The notes under the pieces were generated by a model. That model made no database searches. It had not been told where the DNA came from and worked only from the letters and a program-made list of their open reading frames with translations. This document shows, in pieces, positions 38,531 to 52,790 of a stretch of 64,000 bases of DNA (position 1 is the first letter of the stretch; the number at the start of each line of letters is the position of its first letter). The translations under genes were made by a program, and so were the position numbers. This stretch comes from Octopus bimaculoides (lineage: Eukaryota), in contig NC_068985.1 of the NCBI RefSeq assembly GCF_001194135.2, forward strand, positions 47,111,215 to 47,175,214, given 5' to 3'.

Positions 38531-41500
38531 CCCATAGATGGAGTGCTTATAATGGCAATGATAGTGTTCGAGTTGGAGATAGAGGGAGATACCCTTTTCT
38601 TTGACAATATTGCAAAGTCCTTTTGATATTCCACTGCACAAAACATGGAATCATTTTTCAGAAAATCTTGAACAATACCATGCCCTAAAGGAACCGATAT
38701 CGCACATAAAGATTTGGTGCTGTTGTATGGGCTGTTGCATTGTCTGTCGTGTATGTTTCTGATTTTGCTGGTGGTGATCATGTTGCAGAAAAACGTAACT
38801 GAGAAAAAGAATAATAAATGTAATGTGTTTTTTTTCCCGCGTTGTGGTTAGCGGAGGCCTGAATTTAGATCCATAGCAGCTGTGAACGTCATATACTTCT
38901 CTACAACATTGGATAAATTATCCTGTGTGTTCTTCACAATTGTAAGGCAGTAGGGTACGCTTTGAGAGATGTTTGTCATTTCTAGCAACCTGAGCAGCGC
39001 GTAAAAAAATCCATTTTACCTCTTAATACATTTTAAAGGATAAGAAAAAATTGCAACGTTTCAAGCTCGCCTTGGTCGTAGAAAAGCACAGGAAAGTTAT
39101 AGTTCCGTGTTCTTTTACCTGGAATCACGGTGATGGTACTACTTTCTTATGATTGTCGATTTTGTTATAGTGGATATAGTTTATTACTCTACTTTTCATG
39201 CCAATTTGCCACTCTCTCTCTCTCTTTAAGCAATAATTATTATCTTGCGATACAAGTAACAGCTATTAGCCGAAATGTCGCCTGAATTTATAGCAAGAGC
39301 ATGTTACTGATGGGTCAACATTCGAATCTGAAATAAAATTCCATTCTTGAATTCTGTATTCATACGTATATTCACAGCTAGGTTTGAATGCAAATGAACT
39401 TCTATCCCTCAAGATACTGACTAGTGTTGTGAAGCTAAGCAGTCTCCGCAAGGAATGGATAATTAAATGAAAATGAATACAAATTATCATTAAAGACTAG
39501 AATCTAAATTCAATATCAGATAACTAAGTAAATACCACTCTATATGGAAGCATTCGATTTTCTAGTCTGCCTCTTTCTCTTTTGACGTACCGTATCTGTT
39601 TTCCATTCTATAATCCCCTCTTTCATTCATACCTTCTCTCTGTCTCCCCCTCTGTCTCTGTTTCTCTCTCTCTATCCATCTCTCTCTATCTCTCTCTCTC
39701 TCTCCCTCTCTCTCTCTCTCCCTCTCTCTCTAGCTCATTCTCTACTGTGTAATAAAATGTCTCGTATAATTTTCCGTCAGAATTGGGATAGAATAGCACA
39801 AATTGTTGCTTGTCTAAATAAATATTTTCTAAAATTTAGTTTTATCTCTTTACAGTGTGAGTTCACATCCCTCTAGGTATGATTCACCTTTTATTATCCA
39901 GTTTCCATCGATAAAATACTGTAACAGTAAAACCTCATTTTCGACTTAATCACCTTGAACCATCTCCCTTAGGTCATTTCTCTTTCCTCATAAAATAAGT
40001 AAACAGAATAAAAGTATTGACTTTTGAGAGCTGGTAGAACATCATAATGTATTCCTTAGAATGCAGAGATTCGTCCTCTTTTTACAGTGAGATTATCTAG
40101 GCTCCTATGAGTATAATCCAGTGGCACCATCTCCATTAAGAAACAATAGTTAAGTTAGTATCAACATATTTAATTAATGGATTATAAATCAAGCAAGAAC
40201 GGAATGACGAAAATATAATGTCAGACAAGGATGAATGTTATTTTCATTTTCTCGGTAACAACTCATGAGACTTCTTCGAACATGATCTCATCAACGAAGT
40301 ATAGACTTCATCGCAATTACGGATGTAGTGATACGAGAAATCGTTTTGTAAATTACTCTCTTGTAATCACGTTAGTGTAAAAATATTTAATATAAGAGGC
40401 ACGAAAAATTAACAAAGGATACTTATGTGCCGTGACAAAGATAATGTTACCTCAATGGCTTATGATATTTTAATAGTTTCGAGGATATGGGAAGCAACTT
40501 CGAACATGTTTTGGTTTTGTCAAACCTCCTCAGCTAATTGTAGGGTACAACGGACTTGAAAAAATAGTGATAGAAAAATTATCAAATAGAGATGTACTAT
40601 AGTGAACAAGATTAGATGGGAAATATTAGTATTATTAACTAAATGAATATCTGAGATCCATTACTCTGAGATGTCATCCACCTTTTGGTTAACAATAATT
40701 AATTTAGTGGTAACATATCTAATAGAGTGGGCATCAGAAATCCCATTACTCAATAAAAATGTGGTGATTTCAGGAGACAACTCTCGAAATGTTTTGGTTT
40801 TACTATACACCCTCAGATAATCATACATTTTATAGCTATTGCCGTAGTAGTAGTACTGAGAAGCCGTACACTGTTTTATTAGATGTAGAACATATACAAA
40901 ACATTTATATATTTGTACATCGATTGTCGAAGGAAATTATTGAGGAAATAATTAAGAAACACCATTGATATGTGTCTGTGTACGTACACACACACACATG
41001 GGTAACATAATCTTAATTATAGCGTAGATTATTAAAAACGCAAGAAACCATTGTTTGTGTAGCTGGGTAAGTCAATACTAGGTAATGATTAATATTATTT
41101 TACTTATTTCCGGCAATTACCGCTGCAAATCCAAACACAAATGTCGGTTTTATATTTATGTGATCAGTGAAGCGTAAACCCTATGTTAGTAACAGCGTTA
41201 TTATTATTAAATATGTTTGCATTAACTCACCGATTGCTTTTTATTCACATAGTATGTCTGAACAATTTAATTTCGACGGAATTCCATTATGCTGTAACAA
41301 CAATTGTGAATTTTGTTAGATTTACTTACATCATTAAATCGATAATTATAGTGAATGATACCCTTCCCTGATGAATTCAGAATATGACAGAAGCACGTCC
41401 GTAGTTGCTTTGCTCAATATTTTATTTTCTGTTTAGTAACAATATCGTAGAAACAGGTGTGGTCAATCTTTATTTTGAAAACATACATAAGGAGAGTGCA

Positions 41501-41696
41501 CTACTGGAGTATAATTGTTAAAGATTGTTAAATCACGCGCATTCTTAATGTAATTCTCAGGTTGAAACAACATGAACAGTGTCTGATGCTTTGAGTCATG
41601 GCACGATAGAATTCCTATGAGTTAGAAACTACATAATTTCGTTCAGAAAACCTGTTGATTCGAGGCATGGCAAAGGAAATAAAAAAAAAAAACGTA

Positions 41697-41770
41697 TACA
41701 TTGCAATGTGCTGGGTTCGAACCAGAAATCGCATAATTTCAATGTGTATCACTTCGGACTTCAGCCGTGA
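41697..41770 (-). mobile_element. Isolated tRNA-like SINE head or tRNA pseudogene relic
   Basis: Minus strand carries GGCTGAAGT..GGTTCGAACCC (B box); no clean cloverleaf. Confidence 0.35.
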
Positions 41771-42344
41771 TCAAAAATACTGTATCTTTCAAATCAGCCA
41801 GTCTATTTGTAAGAATCAGACATAATAACAGGAATAGAGATAATAATTTAAACACTGATTGCAATACTCATAATTTCTTAACATTTGTTGACTGGAAGCG
41901 AGAAAAAATTATCAGCATTTATGTATATCCAGTAAGAACATGCTGCTGTTGTCGTTTTTGTTGTATATTTCCAGATGATCTCACAGAAACTACAACCTAC
42001 CCACAACAGCATTCCACGGTTTTTCTCTTTCATGCACCATATTTCCTCTCTTGAAGTATGTCACATATGAATTGTACGGAGATTTAACCAATTCAAGTAA
42101 GGATATAAGTATCCTTATTCTTTCGTTGAGCATGTATTATGGTTCGTGGAATGCATAAAAAAAAATCCTTTGGTCCTGTCTCTTAAAAAAACAACAACAT
42201 TTTCAGTAATATTTTCAGTGAGGCAAGACTATAAGAACAGAAAAGGATATACCTTTTTCTATCATCCTAATAGGATAATAAAAAGAAATGCATATCCACT
42301 ACGACAAAGGAATTTGATAATCAGCCTGTATCGTTATCGCTTTA

Positions 42345-42397
<53 letters not shown>

Positions 42398-42981
42398 GTG
42401 TGTGTGTGTGTGTGTTATATTTTCACGCATATATATGTGCTTATGCATGTATTCGTGATTGTGTTCATAGGTTTATGTTTGTATGTAATTATATGTGTAA
42501 CTGTGTGTCAATGCATATTTATGTATAGATAAAAGGTTTATATATATATGAGTAGTAATAGGTTTAAATATGGATACGCACACACACACACATAGGTATA
42601 TACGTACATACTTACCTATCCTATCTAACTGTCTATGTGGGTGTGCGTGGGGGTGGGGTTGTATACGCGCACACAAAATCACATTATTAATTAGATTAAA
42701 TACGCCCGTTGGCTTGAGAAAATATGTTTTAGAATAAAAGGTAATAAAAGAGATAAAACAGTAAGTAAGGCTAAATCATGTAGATACAGGCACATACGCA
42801 CTGACACATACTGTAATATAAAATTTTGCATAAGGGAACATATGCAAGAGTGATACATTTGCTCGCATATACATCAATTAACAGTTTTCCTCCTATATGA
42901 TATATATGAATTAATATACCTTTGTATAACACACTTAAGAATTAACGATATATACCTGCTTATATATGCATATATAGTTAT

Positions 42982-43044
<63 letters not shown>

Positions 43045-43514
43045 TGTGTGTGTGTGTATAGCTGCAGATATGTGCATGTGAACATCCATCTATATCCGTA
43101 TACATACATGAATTCATTATTTGTTTGCATGCGCGTTTTTGTTTTATGGGCGCTTGCATCTTAATAGTAAGAAATTAAATTAAAATTTTAATACTGTTCT
43201 GTTAACGATAACCACATGGGATTGAATTATGTCTCTAGTTTCAACATTGTTAATAAGCTATCACGCCGTTAATAAGACTTTATGCAAGGTATCTTCGGAA
43301 ATGTTGTACCCTTAAAATACTACCAGGGAATAATTTCTATAGCAACTGAGCGTTAATTCAGTTTTAATATAGGTAGATGTTCGAGCATGAAATAATGCAG
43401 AGCGGAAATACACAGTATTGTTCAACAATTGACCAATTATTTAATAGAGATTACTTCGAACTAATAGGCTGAGAAATATATGTGAGCGAAATATGTATGT
43501 GTGCGTGTGTAAGT

Positions 43515-43563
<49 letters not shown>

Positions 43564-44821
43564 CGCACTAACACACACACATACACACGCACACATATAT
43601 AAATCATTAAGGTGGCTATTCGCAATTTACTCCCGAAAGGCAACAAGTATAGCCGTCAGTAAAGTGACAGAGGGTGCTAGCGAACACCAATATTGCTAGA
43701 ACAGCCAGAACAACTTTTAACCACATGATCTCATTACAAATCTAATTAGTTGTAACGGCTACAGAGTCAAGAAATTCCTTTTGAATCTGTTTGGTTTCCT
43801 GTTCAATACCACTGCAGAGTATATTCAACACGTGCTTTCTGTCATACTCTCGGATCAACCAGTGCTTTGAGAATGAAATTTGGTGGACGTAAGTTCTATA
43901 TAAGCCCGAACGTTCTTTATCTTGGAAGATGTTAATTCGTTCCCCAGTTGAACAGTACTGTATGGCATGTGTATGGGGAGTATAAACGTTCAGGCTAGGT
44001 GCCCTGTTTAAAGATAACATTACTGTGCTCCTGCCTTTCTCTACACAGGTCTTAAAGCTCCTGAAAAAACTGACTTGTTCTCTCTTTCCTCCTCTCAATA
44101 AACACTAAAAACCAAAACAGAAAAAAAAACCCTTGTGAGATATATTTCAACACTTTTCACATAGAATCTTATGGTCAATGTATAACTTCTCCTAAGTGTT
44201 CACTCTGTTTGGTATATATATATATATATATAGCAGCCAAATCTCCCTCAAATTCAATGTTGACAATAGGAGGAACACATTGGAAGATGTAGCGCTAGAT
44301 ATTTAAAAGAACGCCATAGTTTGCTTCAACACAGATAGCTTTTGACAGTAAGATTACTCAGCAAGGCCTCATATGCCAAGAAGGAACATCGATAAGACAT
44401 CACATTACATAGTAACCGCTCCACCACATGCCAACCTCTAAGATATCATATATCTCATTCAGCTTTGGGTCATTATACACTGACAATAGATGACAAGACA
44501 TTACAGCCAAATTCTCAGTTAGCTCTTATCGAAAAGCGAACATATGTAATGCAGCAAGACATTAACCAACTCCTTATTTACACGGCAACATTTCTCTATC
44601 ACAATCGGGACTTATATCTAGATCACAGTTCAATTGTGTTATTATCTTTATACATTTCATAATTTGAGGAATAATTCAAAGACGGTTATTTGCTCCAAGG
44701 TGTGCAGCTCTCAGTCAGCTTCATTAGATATGTATTCAACGAAGACTCTGATAAATCTCGGTGGAAGCAATATTTTCCTTTGTCGGTATTACCAATAGCA
44801 ATTTTAAAATTATCTTTCACG

Positions 44822-44854
44822 TCATTCCTTTCTTTCTTCCTTTCCGTCCTTCCT

Positions 44855-44950
<96 letters not shown>

Positions 44951-45020
44951 TGTTTCTTTCTTTCTTTTTTCTTTCTTTTTTCTTTCTTTCTTTCTTCAGT
45001 CTCTCTTTCTCTCTGTCTCT
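44822..45020. repeat. (TTTC)n polypyrimidine tract
   Basis: Directly visible. Confidence 0.95.
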
Positions 45021-45086
45021 ACATGAATGTACACACGCACTCATAAATGTACATAAATACATGTATTCATGAATATTATATATGTG

Positions 45087-45134
<48 letters not shown>

Positions 45135-45301
45135 NNNNNNNNNNNNNNNNNNNNNNNNNNNNNNNNNNNNNNNNNNNNNNNNNNNNNNNNNNNNNNNNNN
45201 NNNNNNNNNNNNNNNNNNNNNNNNNNNNNNNNNNNNNNNNNNNNNNNNNNNNNNNNNNNNNNNNNNNNNTATATGTGTGTATATATATGTATATATATAT
45301 A

Positions 45302-45342
<41 letters not shown>

Positions 45343-45900
45343 CTATGTATATGCTTGTGTATATGTAAGTATGTATGTATACACCTACGTATGTATGTAT
45401 ATACGTACGTTCGTATGATTGTATATATATAAGTACGTACGTATGAATGTATGAACGAACGTATGTACGCATGTATGTGTGTATGTATGTATGTATGTAT
45501 GTACGCATTGTTTCAAACCTAGCCGCAGAAACCCAACAGCGAAACTGTCTTCCTTTGTAATATGCATGTCTCTGTGCGTGTGTGCACACGCGCACATTTG
45601 TAGGTGTGTATGTGTGATGGAGGTAGGAGCGAGCGAGCGAAAACAGGTGTGCGCGCGCAAGGGATTTTATGTTTGTGTCAGCGCCATTTTGGTATGGTGA
45701 TAGTTACATTTCTAATACTGTGTATTATCTTCAAAATAAGGAGATGAAAAGGACGTTAAATGAATGGTGGTAAGTATACACTCCCTGAATTGAGACTTTA
45801 TGTCTCAATAACTCGATGTCTGAAATCAAATTATGTTCTTGTTCACGGTGTTTAAGAAATAAAATTTAAGATACTAAAATATTATCATAACCATGTTATT

Positions 45901-46173
45901 CTTTTATTTATTTCAGTCATTTGTCTGCGGCCGTGCTGGAGCACCGTCTTTTGTCGAACAAATCGACCCCACAATTTATTCTTTGTAAGCATAGTACGTA
46001 TTCTATCGGTCCCTTTTGCTGGGCCGCTAGATTTACGGGGACATAAACACACCAAGATTGGTTGTGGTTGTCAAGCGAGTTGGTGGGCGGATGAACACAC
46101 AGACAGACAGAAAGACAGACAGACATAAAGACAGACAGACAGACACACACACACACACACACACACACTCACG

Positions 46174-46204
<31 letters not shown>

Positions 46205-46340
46205 TCAGATATATATTTATGCATATATATAAGACCGGCTTCGTTCAGTTTTGTTTACCAAATCCACTCACAAGTATTTGGTCAACCACAGGCTGTAGTA
46301 GAAGATACTTGCCCAAGGTGCTATGCACTGGGACTGAACA
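45901..46340 (-). mobile_element. SINE family B with internal (CAGA)/(CA) microsatellite
   Basis: Reverse complement of both halves seen at 28825-29392. Confidence 0.9.
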
Positions 46341-46917
46341 CGTTCACAATATACATGAGAGTGTCTATATGTGTGTGTTTTTTCTGTCCGTGCGTGTGTG
46401 ATTATGTGTGCATCTTCTGTATATCATTACAAGATGCATTCACCTGTGTTAACTACCCATAGTGTATGATATAAAAATGAATATATTGACGAGGCATCAG
46501 AGGGAGAGNNNNNNNNNNNNNNNNNNNNNNNNNNNNNNNNNNNNNNNNNNNNNNNNNNNNNNNNNNNNNNNNNNNNNNNNNNNNNNNNNNNNNNNNNNNN
46601 NNNNNNNNNNNNNNNNNNNNNNNNNNNNNNNNNNNNNNNNNNNNNNNNNNNNNNNNNNNNNNNNNNNNNNNNNNNNNNNNNNNNNNNNNNNNNNNNNNNN
46701 NNNNNNNNNNNNNNNNNNNNNNNNNNNNNNNNNNNNNNNNNNNNNNNNNNNNNNNNNNNNNNNNNNNNNNNNNNNNNNNNNNNNNNNNNNNNNNNNNNNN
46801 NNNNNNNNNNNNNNNNNNNNNNNNNNNNNNNNNNNNNNNNNNNNNNNNNNNNNNNNNNNNNNNNNNNNNNNNNNNNNNNNNNNNNNNNNNNNNNNNNNNN
46901 NNNNNNNNNNNNNNNNN

Positions 46918-46958
<41 letters not shown>

Positions 46959-47494
46959 GTATGTATATATAGATATATAGACCGTAAGAAGTCAGGAGGC
47001 ATTAGAATTGAATATATTTAACCACTTATCATCCGTAGGGTTACGGTCGTTTCGTACATTCTTCGTGTAATAAATTTCTGTGTATTTTTAACTATGCTTA
47101 CATGTCAGCGCTAATATGCATGTTAAGCATTATGCAATAGAGTTTTTGTATTTACAAATCAATGCAGATAAAGAAACCTAGTCCATCAGATCACTAGTAC
47201 ATCATGGTTATATCAAGAAAAATAAATTTGTCTAAGTATCCTGGAATGAATTTTTTTAGCACTATATATATTTTAGAGAGAATGGTGTTCACAATGATTC
47301 TATGCAGAGATTCTCAATAAAATCTTTCAATGACCAAATGACTGACAGATGTTACTTTAGTTAACGTGTGGCACGTCATCCATAGTTACCGACTTATGTC
47401 AGCAGTAGAAGAAATAAGAGGTTGGTAGTTTGTATCCTCTCCCATGCACCCATAGTTAAGATATTTTTCATAAAAACCTTCTACAATTGGTACA

Positions 47495-47627
47495 ATGTCT
47501 GAAACATGGTTAGGAAGGGACTAGCTTCTTATATCGACCCCAGTGCTACGGTCCCTGAAAGAATGAAAATACAGAGGTTGACCTCAGAGGAATTTGAAAA
47601 CAGAATGTAAAGACGGGCGCAATGCTA
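47495..47627 (-). mobile_element. SINE family A fragment
   Basis: atcgaccccagtg...gttgacctcagaggaatttgaaaacagaatgtaaagacgg. Confidence 0.7.
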
Positions 47628-47912
47628 ATTTCTTTGTAGCCCACAAGGAGCTAAACATAGAGGGGACAAACAGGGACAGGCAAAGGGATTAAGTCGATTA
47701 TATCGACCCCAGTACTTGACTGGCACTTATTTTATCGACCCCGAAAGGATGAATGGCAAAGTCGACCTCGGCGGAATTTGAACTCAGAACGTAACGGCAG
47801 ACGAAATACCGCTAAGCATTTCACCCGGCGTGCTAAAGATTCTGCCAGCTCACCGACGGACGAAATGCTGCCATGCATTTTGTCAGGCGCACTAAAGATT
47901 CTGTCAGTTTGC
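47628..47912 (-). mobile_element. Young SINE family A copy with A3-type 3' end, plus an extra partial head (47856-47912)
   Basis: Near-consensus A/B boxes and core; 3' end tttgcctgtccctgtttgtcccctctatgtttagctccttgtggg on the minus strand. Confidence 0.9.
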
Positions 47913-48437
47913 AAAAAGAAATCTATTAATACGGTGTAATTAACAAGTAAAATTTTCAATGTTCAGAAACCGGAAACGTGACCAATTGCAACAGAAATAA
48001 AACTGATCTTTTTCTCTCTTTCTCCTTCCCGATTATGTTCTCTTTCCCTATCTCTTTCTCTATCTGTCTCTCTCTCTCTCTCTCTCCCTCTCTCTCTTCC
48101 TTCTTTCTCAACGACACAATAAGTGAAAAACTAGAAAGAAAACATTACGCAACTTGACTTTAACTTTTAAAATTCGGTGGTCGATGGAATAAATAATAAT
48201 TTATATAGGAATGGATCAGGATATATTCGCATATATTCTTGGAAGTAATGTCGTGGCATGACCAGATTCAACGATCTGAGCCTGCGAATGAATAATTAAG
48301 GAATATTGCCCGTAGAACCAAGTAGACTATTGCAATAGTTTTCGCGATAAGTAAATATGAATGAATTTGTTTCAATTTCAACAATGCGTATTCAAGTTGT
48401 TCGATAAAATGAAATACTTTCTCATTGAATCATGGTA

Positions 48438-48550
48438 GTAGTGGCTGAGTGTTCGAGATGTGTACCCTTAACACAATCCTGAGACAAAATCAACGTAGTA
48501 ATCTATGTGTGACAAAAGCTGGCCCTTTGAATCACAGATGCAATCGATTC
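48438..48550 (-). mobile_element. SINE family C 3' fragment
   Basis: agtggctgag...gtacccttaac...gtgtgacaaaagctggccctttgaat is the reverse complement of part of 55252-55535. Confidence 0.7.
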
Positions 48551-48654
48551 AACAGGATTTTACACAATTTCCGTCTTTGAAATTGACCCCCCTAAGCCGT
48601 CACAATGATGTGAAAAGGAAAAAGTACAGAATGAATACAAAGAGAAGCGTTAAG

Positions 48655-48691
48655 AGAAATAAAAAGAGAAAGAAAGAGGGAGGGAGAGAGA

Positions 48692-48781
<90 letters not shown>

Positions 48782-48795
48782 TAGACTGAGAGAGG
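48655..48795. repeat. (GA)n microsatellite
   Basis: Directly visible. Confidence 0.95.
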
Positions 48796-50929
48796 CAGAA
48801 GCGGGGTTGGTAAAAAATGTGAACTGTATTAAAATTACATATATGCATGTTAGTTTGTCGTTATATTCTCAGGGATCATATTTCATTAATTTATTTTAAA
48901 ACTCATTTAATTAACATTTTTTGAACAAAATAAGCGATATTAATCTATCCAATATGTAATAATCTTCCATAATAATTACTGAAGTTCTTATAAAAGCATG
49001 AAAGGTCAGGAGAATTAACAAGTGATTAAAATAAGATACTGGAGAATCAAGGTTATGAAATATCTTCGCTCAAGTAATTCCCAAACAGCTGGGAGCGTTG
49101 CTTGTGTAATCGCTTTAGATAAATTTATAAGTTTATATGCATGTATACATGTATGCATGTATTTACGTATTATTTTACTGGGATTATTCTTAAATTTCTC
49201 AATGATCCTTCCAACTCGCCGCAGAAATCCTGTTGCTGTTTTTCTTCTCTTCTTATATTTTTCTTGGTATCCTCTTACATATTTGCTTTGCGCTGCGGTT
49301 GCGATACTCAAAACAAAAGCGTTGGAGAACTTAAGCACCTCAGCGATCGATCACAAAAGAATGTACCGTGATTACGGGCAAATAGGGAGAGCTTGGTAAA
49401 TAAGGATACACGCACTAATAAAGGAAAAATTGCTAATATCAGCATTGTTAAAAGCTCTCTTCTATTGAGTGATGTGATGTCCGTGGTTAATAGAGAATTG
49501 GTAAAACTTTTAAAGAGAGTGAAATTTGAAAGTATTTCAAAAATCCTTGCAGTTGGAGGAAGCGAAGTAAAATAATTGCTGCCGGCAGGCAAATTTGGTA
49601 TGTCTTAAAAATTTGTCTCTTCTGCTTTCAGTTATGAGCAGAGCAACGTAAGTTTTTATCTCAAGTGCTCACATAAGTCTGATTGATGGGTCTGCATCGC
49701 TTTTCCCATCTGTAAGGATTTTATTTAATCGTTTCAAGTTTCACCGCTGTAGAGTCTTGCTAATATTCTATCATCCAGGGCTATCAGATCAGTCAGTAGA
49801 CCAGAGCTCGTACTATGCTGACATCATCATTTCAATTTTCCTCTTTTGCCCTTATTCGACGAGATGTTCCTATGCCCCGCACATCACGTAGATAAATCAA
49901 TAGAATGACAGGTCTTTACTATTGGGATAGGCTCTAAAAGCTCATAGTTTAATCTTTTCAACACCACTTTGAGCGCAACATTATGTGTACTGTGTGAAAA
50001 TATTCCTCCAATTCTGCTCAGATAAAACCTTAATCAAATTTACAAGACCCTCAACGATTGGCCACGAAAGCTATATGACGTCTTCGAAAGTCGAGCTCAC
50101 ATCACAGAAACAACAATGTAATACAACTACTTTTTCCCCCTCAACGGGCTTTGCATTGTACAATATTATTGCGAAAGAATGAAAGAGGAAAAAGACTGCA
50201 TCGCATTCAAAAGGCACCAGGACAAATTGCTAAAAGAAATATCAAAGAAACTATCGACACCGAGATACATCTCAGCAAGCAACAACTCCCTATGATCTTA
50301 AATCTAGATGTTAGTTATCAGTCGAAGTTATGAGGCAACAAAGTCGGTGGGTGTTAACATTAGCAGTTATGCCAGTTTTATTTGTGTGCTTGCTTGTCTG
50401 TAATTTAATGCAGCCAAATCAGTCGATAATGGGAAAATATTCTGAAATGTGAATACAAACGGAATAAAACAAGTTTCACGTAAATCGGACCACAAATTCC
50501 TGAGATAGGCGGTTTTGTAGGGTATCTGCACAAATAGCCAGAACAGTGCATACCTGGAAAATATTCTGAAAGTAACTTAACCCTGAAATAGTAAAATTGT
50601 TTCCATTAATTTTATGGTTACGTTATATAACAATTTTTTTTTTGCATTTTTGTAGACGGGTGCACGTATAGCATAAATAAACGCTGTTACTGGAGTTCAA
50701 GTTTATCCCGCAAGTTCTACATTTATTAGATTCTGTGAATAATAAATAAAATGTTAAACATGAACTTGTAAAACAGACCTATTATAACACGAGTGAATTG
50801 AAATATTTAACTGAATCATCATAAAATTAGTTTTCATTTCAATGCAATGTTGAAATCAGCTTCAATGTTTTATAACCTGTACCGTCAGAGACCCAACGGG
50901 TCACAGGTAATCTAGTATGTATATGTATG

Positions 50930-50973
<44 letters not shown>

Positions 50974-51659
50974 TATATATACATACACACATACATACAT
51001 ATATACATACATACATATATACACGCATGCATACATACATGCATTCATGCATGCATACCTGCATGCAGAGATAATGTTGCAAGTAAACAGGTTTATTTGC
51101 ATCATTATCTCCATATCTGCTCACCTGGAAATCCCAATTTAACCACTCTTAACCCTACGGATTTAGTCCTCGGTAAAGATTTCGGAGCGTAAGTTGAAAT
51201 GATATCAGCGCTACAAAAATGTATTCTATCTTTGTATCTCATCTGTTGATTCTATATATACATACACAGATACACACTCACACACATACATACATATATA
51301 CATACATATATANNNNNNNNNNNNNNNNNNNNNNNNNNNNNNNNNNNNNNNNNNNNNNNNNNNNNNNNNNNNNNNNNNNNNNNNNTATACACACAGAAAG
51401 AGAGAGAGAGAGAAGGAGGAGGGGGAGAGAAAGGGTAAGATGTAACAGCAACAGTTGTGTAAATTTTCAGTAGCTCATCCATCACCACGCCGCTACATCA
51501 AACAATTTTTTTTTCCTATTTATGCTCAAAAAGATTAAAATTAGTATTTCTAGCTTCGATTTCTTTTTTGTCTTTGTTTTATTTTATTTTTTTTCATTTC
51601 TCGTGTGTTAGATCTTTTATATCGTCTTAAAGAACTCTGTAAGCTATACAATATCTTCA

Positions 51660-52700
51660 TTTTCAACACCACGTTGACGACGACGATAGAGATGTTGATG
51701 ATAAACATGATTGTCTTCTTCATCATCCTTATCATTATCATTAACATCCTCCTCTTCATCTTTCTGCTCCTCCTCCTCATCTTCCTCTTCCTCTTCCTGC
51801 TCCTCCTCCTTCTTCTCCTCCTTCTTCTCCTCCTGTTCCTCCTCCCCTTCCTCCTCCTCCTCGTTCTTTTCCGCCTTCTGGTCTTCATCGCCACGATGAT
51901 CATCTTACTGCTTTATTAGTGCTATCGCTTCAGATGTAGTGTTTATTGCAGTGTCAATGGCCGTCACTGGGATTATTGTTGTTAGTGCTGTTGTTGTTGT
52001 TGTTCGTGGTGGTTCTGGTGCTGGTGGTGTTATTATTTTTAAAGCGATTTCTCTGTGTAGGTGTTACATAGCAGTCAATCATTCATAAGTGATGAGAGAT
52101 TTATTGTTCTTATGCATCTTGGTTGCTTTAATAACAAGAACAACAACAACGATAGCGACGACAATGATGTTGATGATTTTGATGATGGTGATGACGACGA
52201 CGACGACGACGATGATGATGATGATGAATAAAATGACGATGATGATGATGATTATGATGATGATGATCATGAAAATGATGATGATGATGATGATGATGGT
52301 GGTGTTTATATATATTTAAATCTGTATTGGTAATTGTCAGTACCACTTCTGTATATCGTCACTGCTATCATCATCATCATCATCATTGTCATCATTATCG
52401 TTGTCGTCGTCATCGGCGTCATCATCGTCATCATCATCTTCATCAACGTCATCATCATCATTGTCATCATCATTGTCATCATCATCATCATAAGCATCAT
52501 TACTACCACAAATCACCAACGCATATATTAATATCTCCGTCATCATCAACATCCTCGTCCTGCACCTCACCATCATCTTCAGCATCATCTTCATTATCAT
52601 TGTTCTCATCATTTTCTTCGTCATCGTCATCATCATCATCGTCGTCGTCATCGTCATCGTCGTCGTCGTCATCGTCATCGTCATCGTAGTCGTAAACAAT

Positions 52701-52771
<71 letters not shown>

Positions 52772-52790
52772 TATCATCATCCTGAATATT
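51660..52790. repeat. Long compound trinucleotide region (CTT/CCT, GTT/GGT, GAT/GAC, CAT/CGT)
   Basis: Directly visible; source of the poly-D, -H, -M and -S ORFs. Confidence 0.9.

Noticed and set aside
49015-49592. Overlapping 60-125 aa ORFs on both strands
   Set aside because: No recognisable motif in any frame; consistent with chance ORFs or an unidentifiable old repeat
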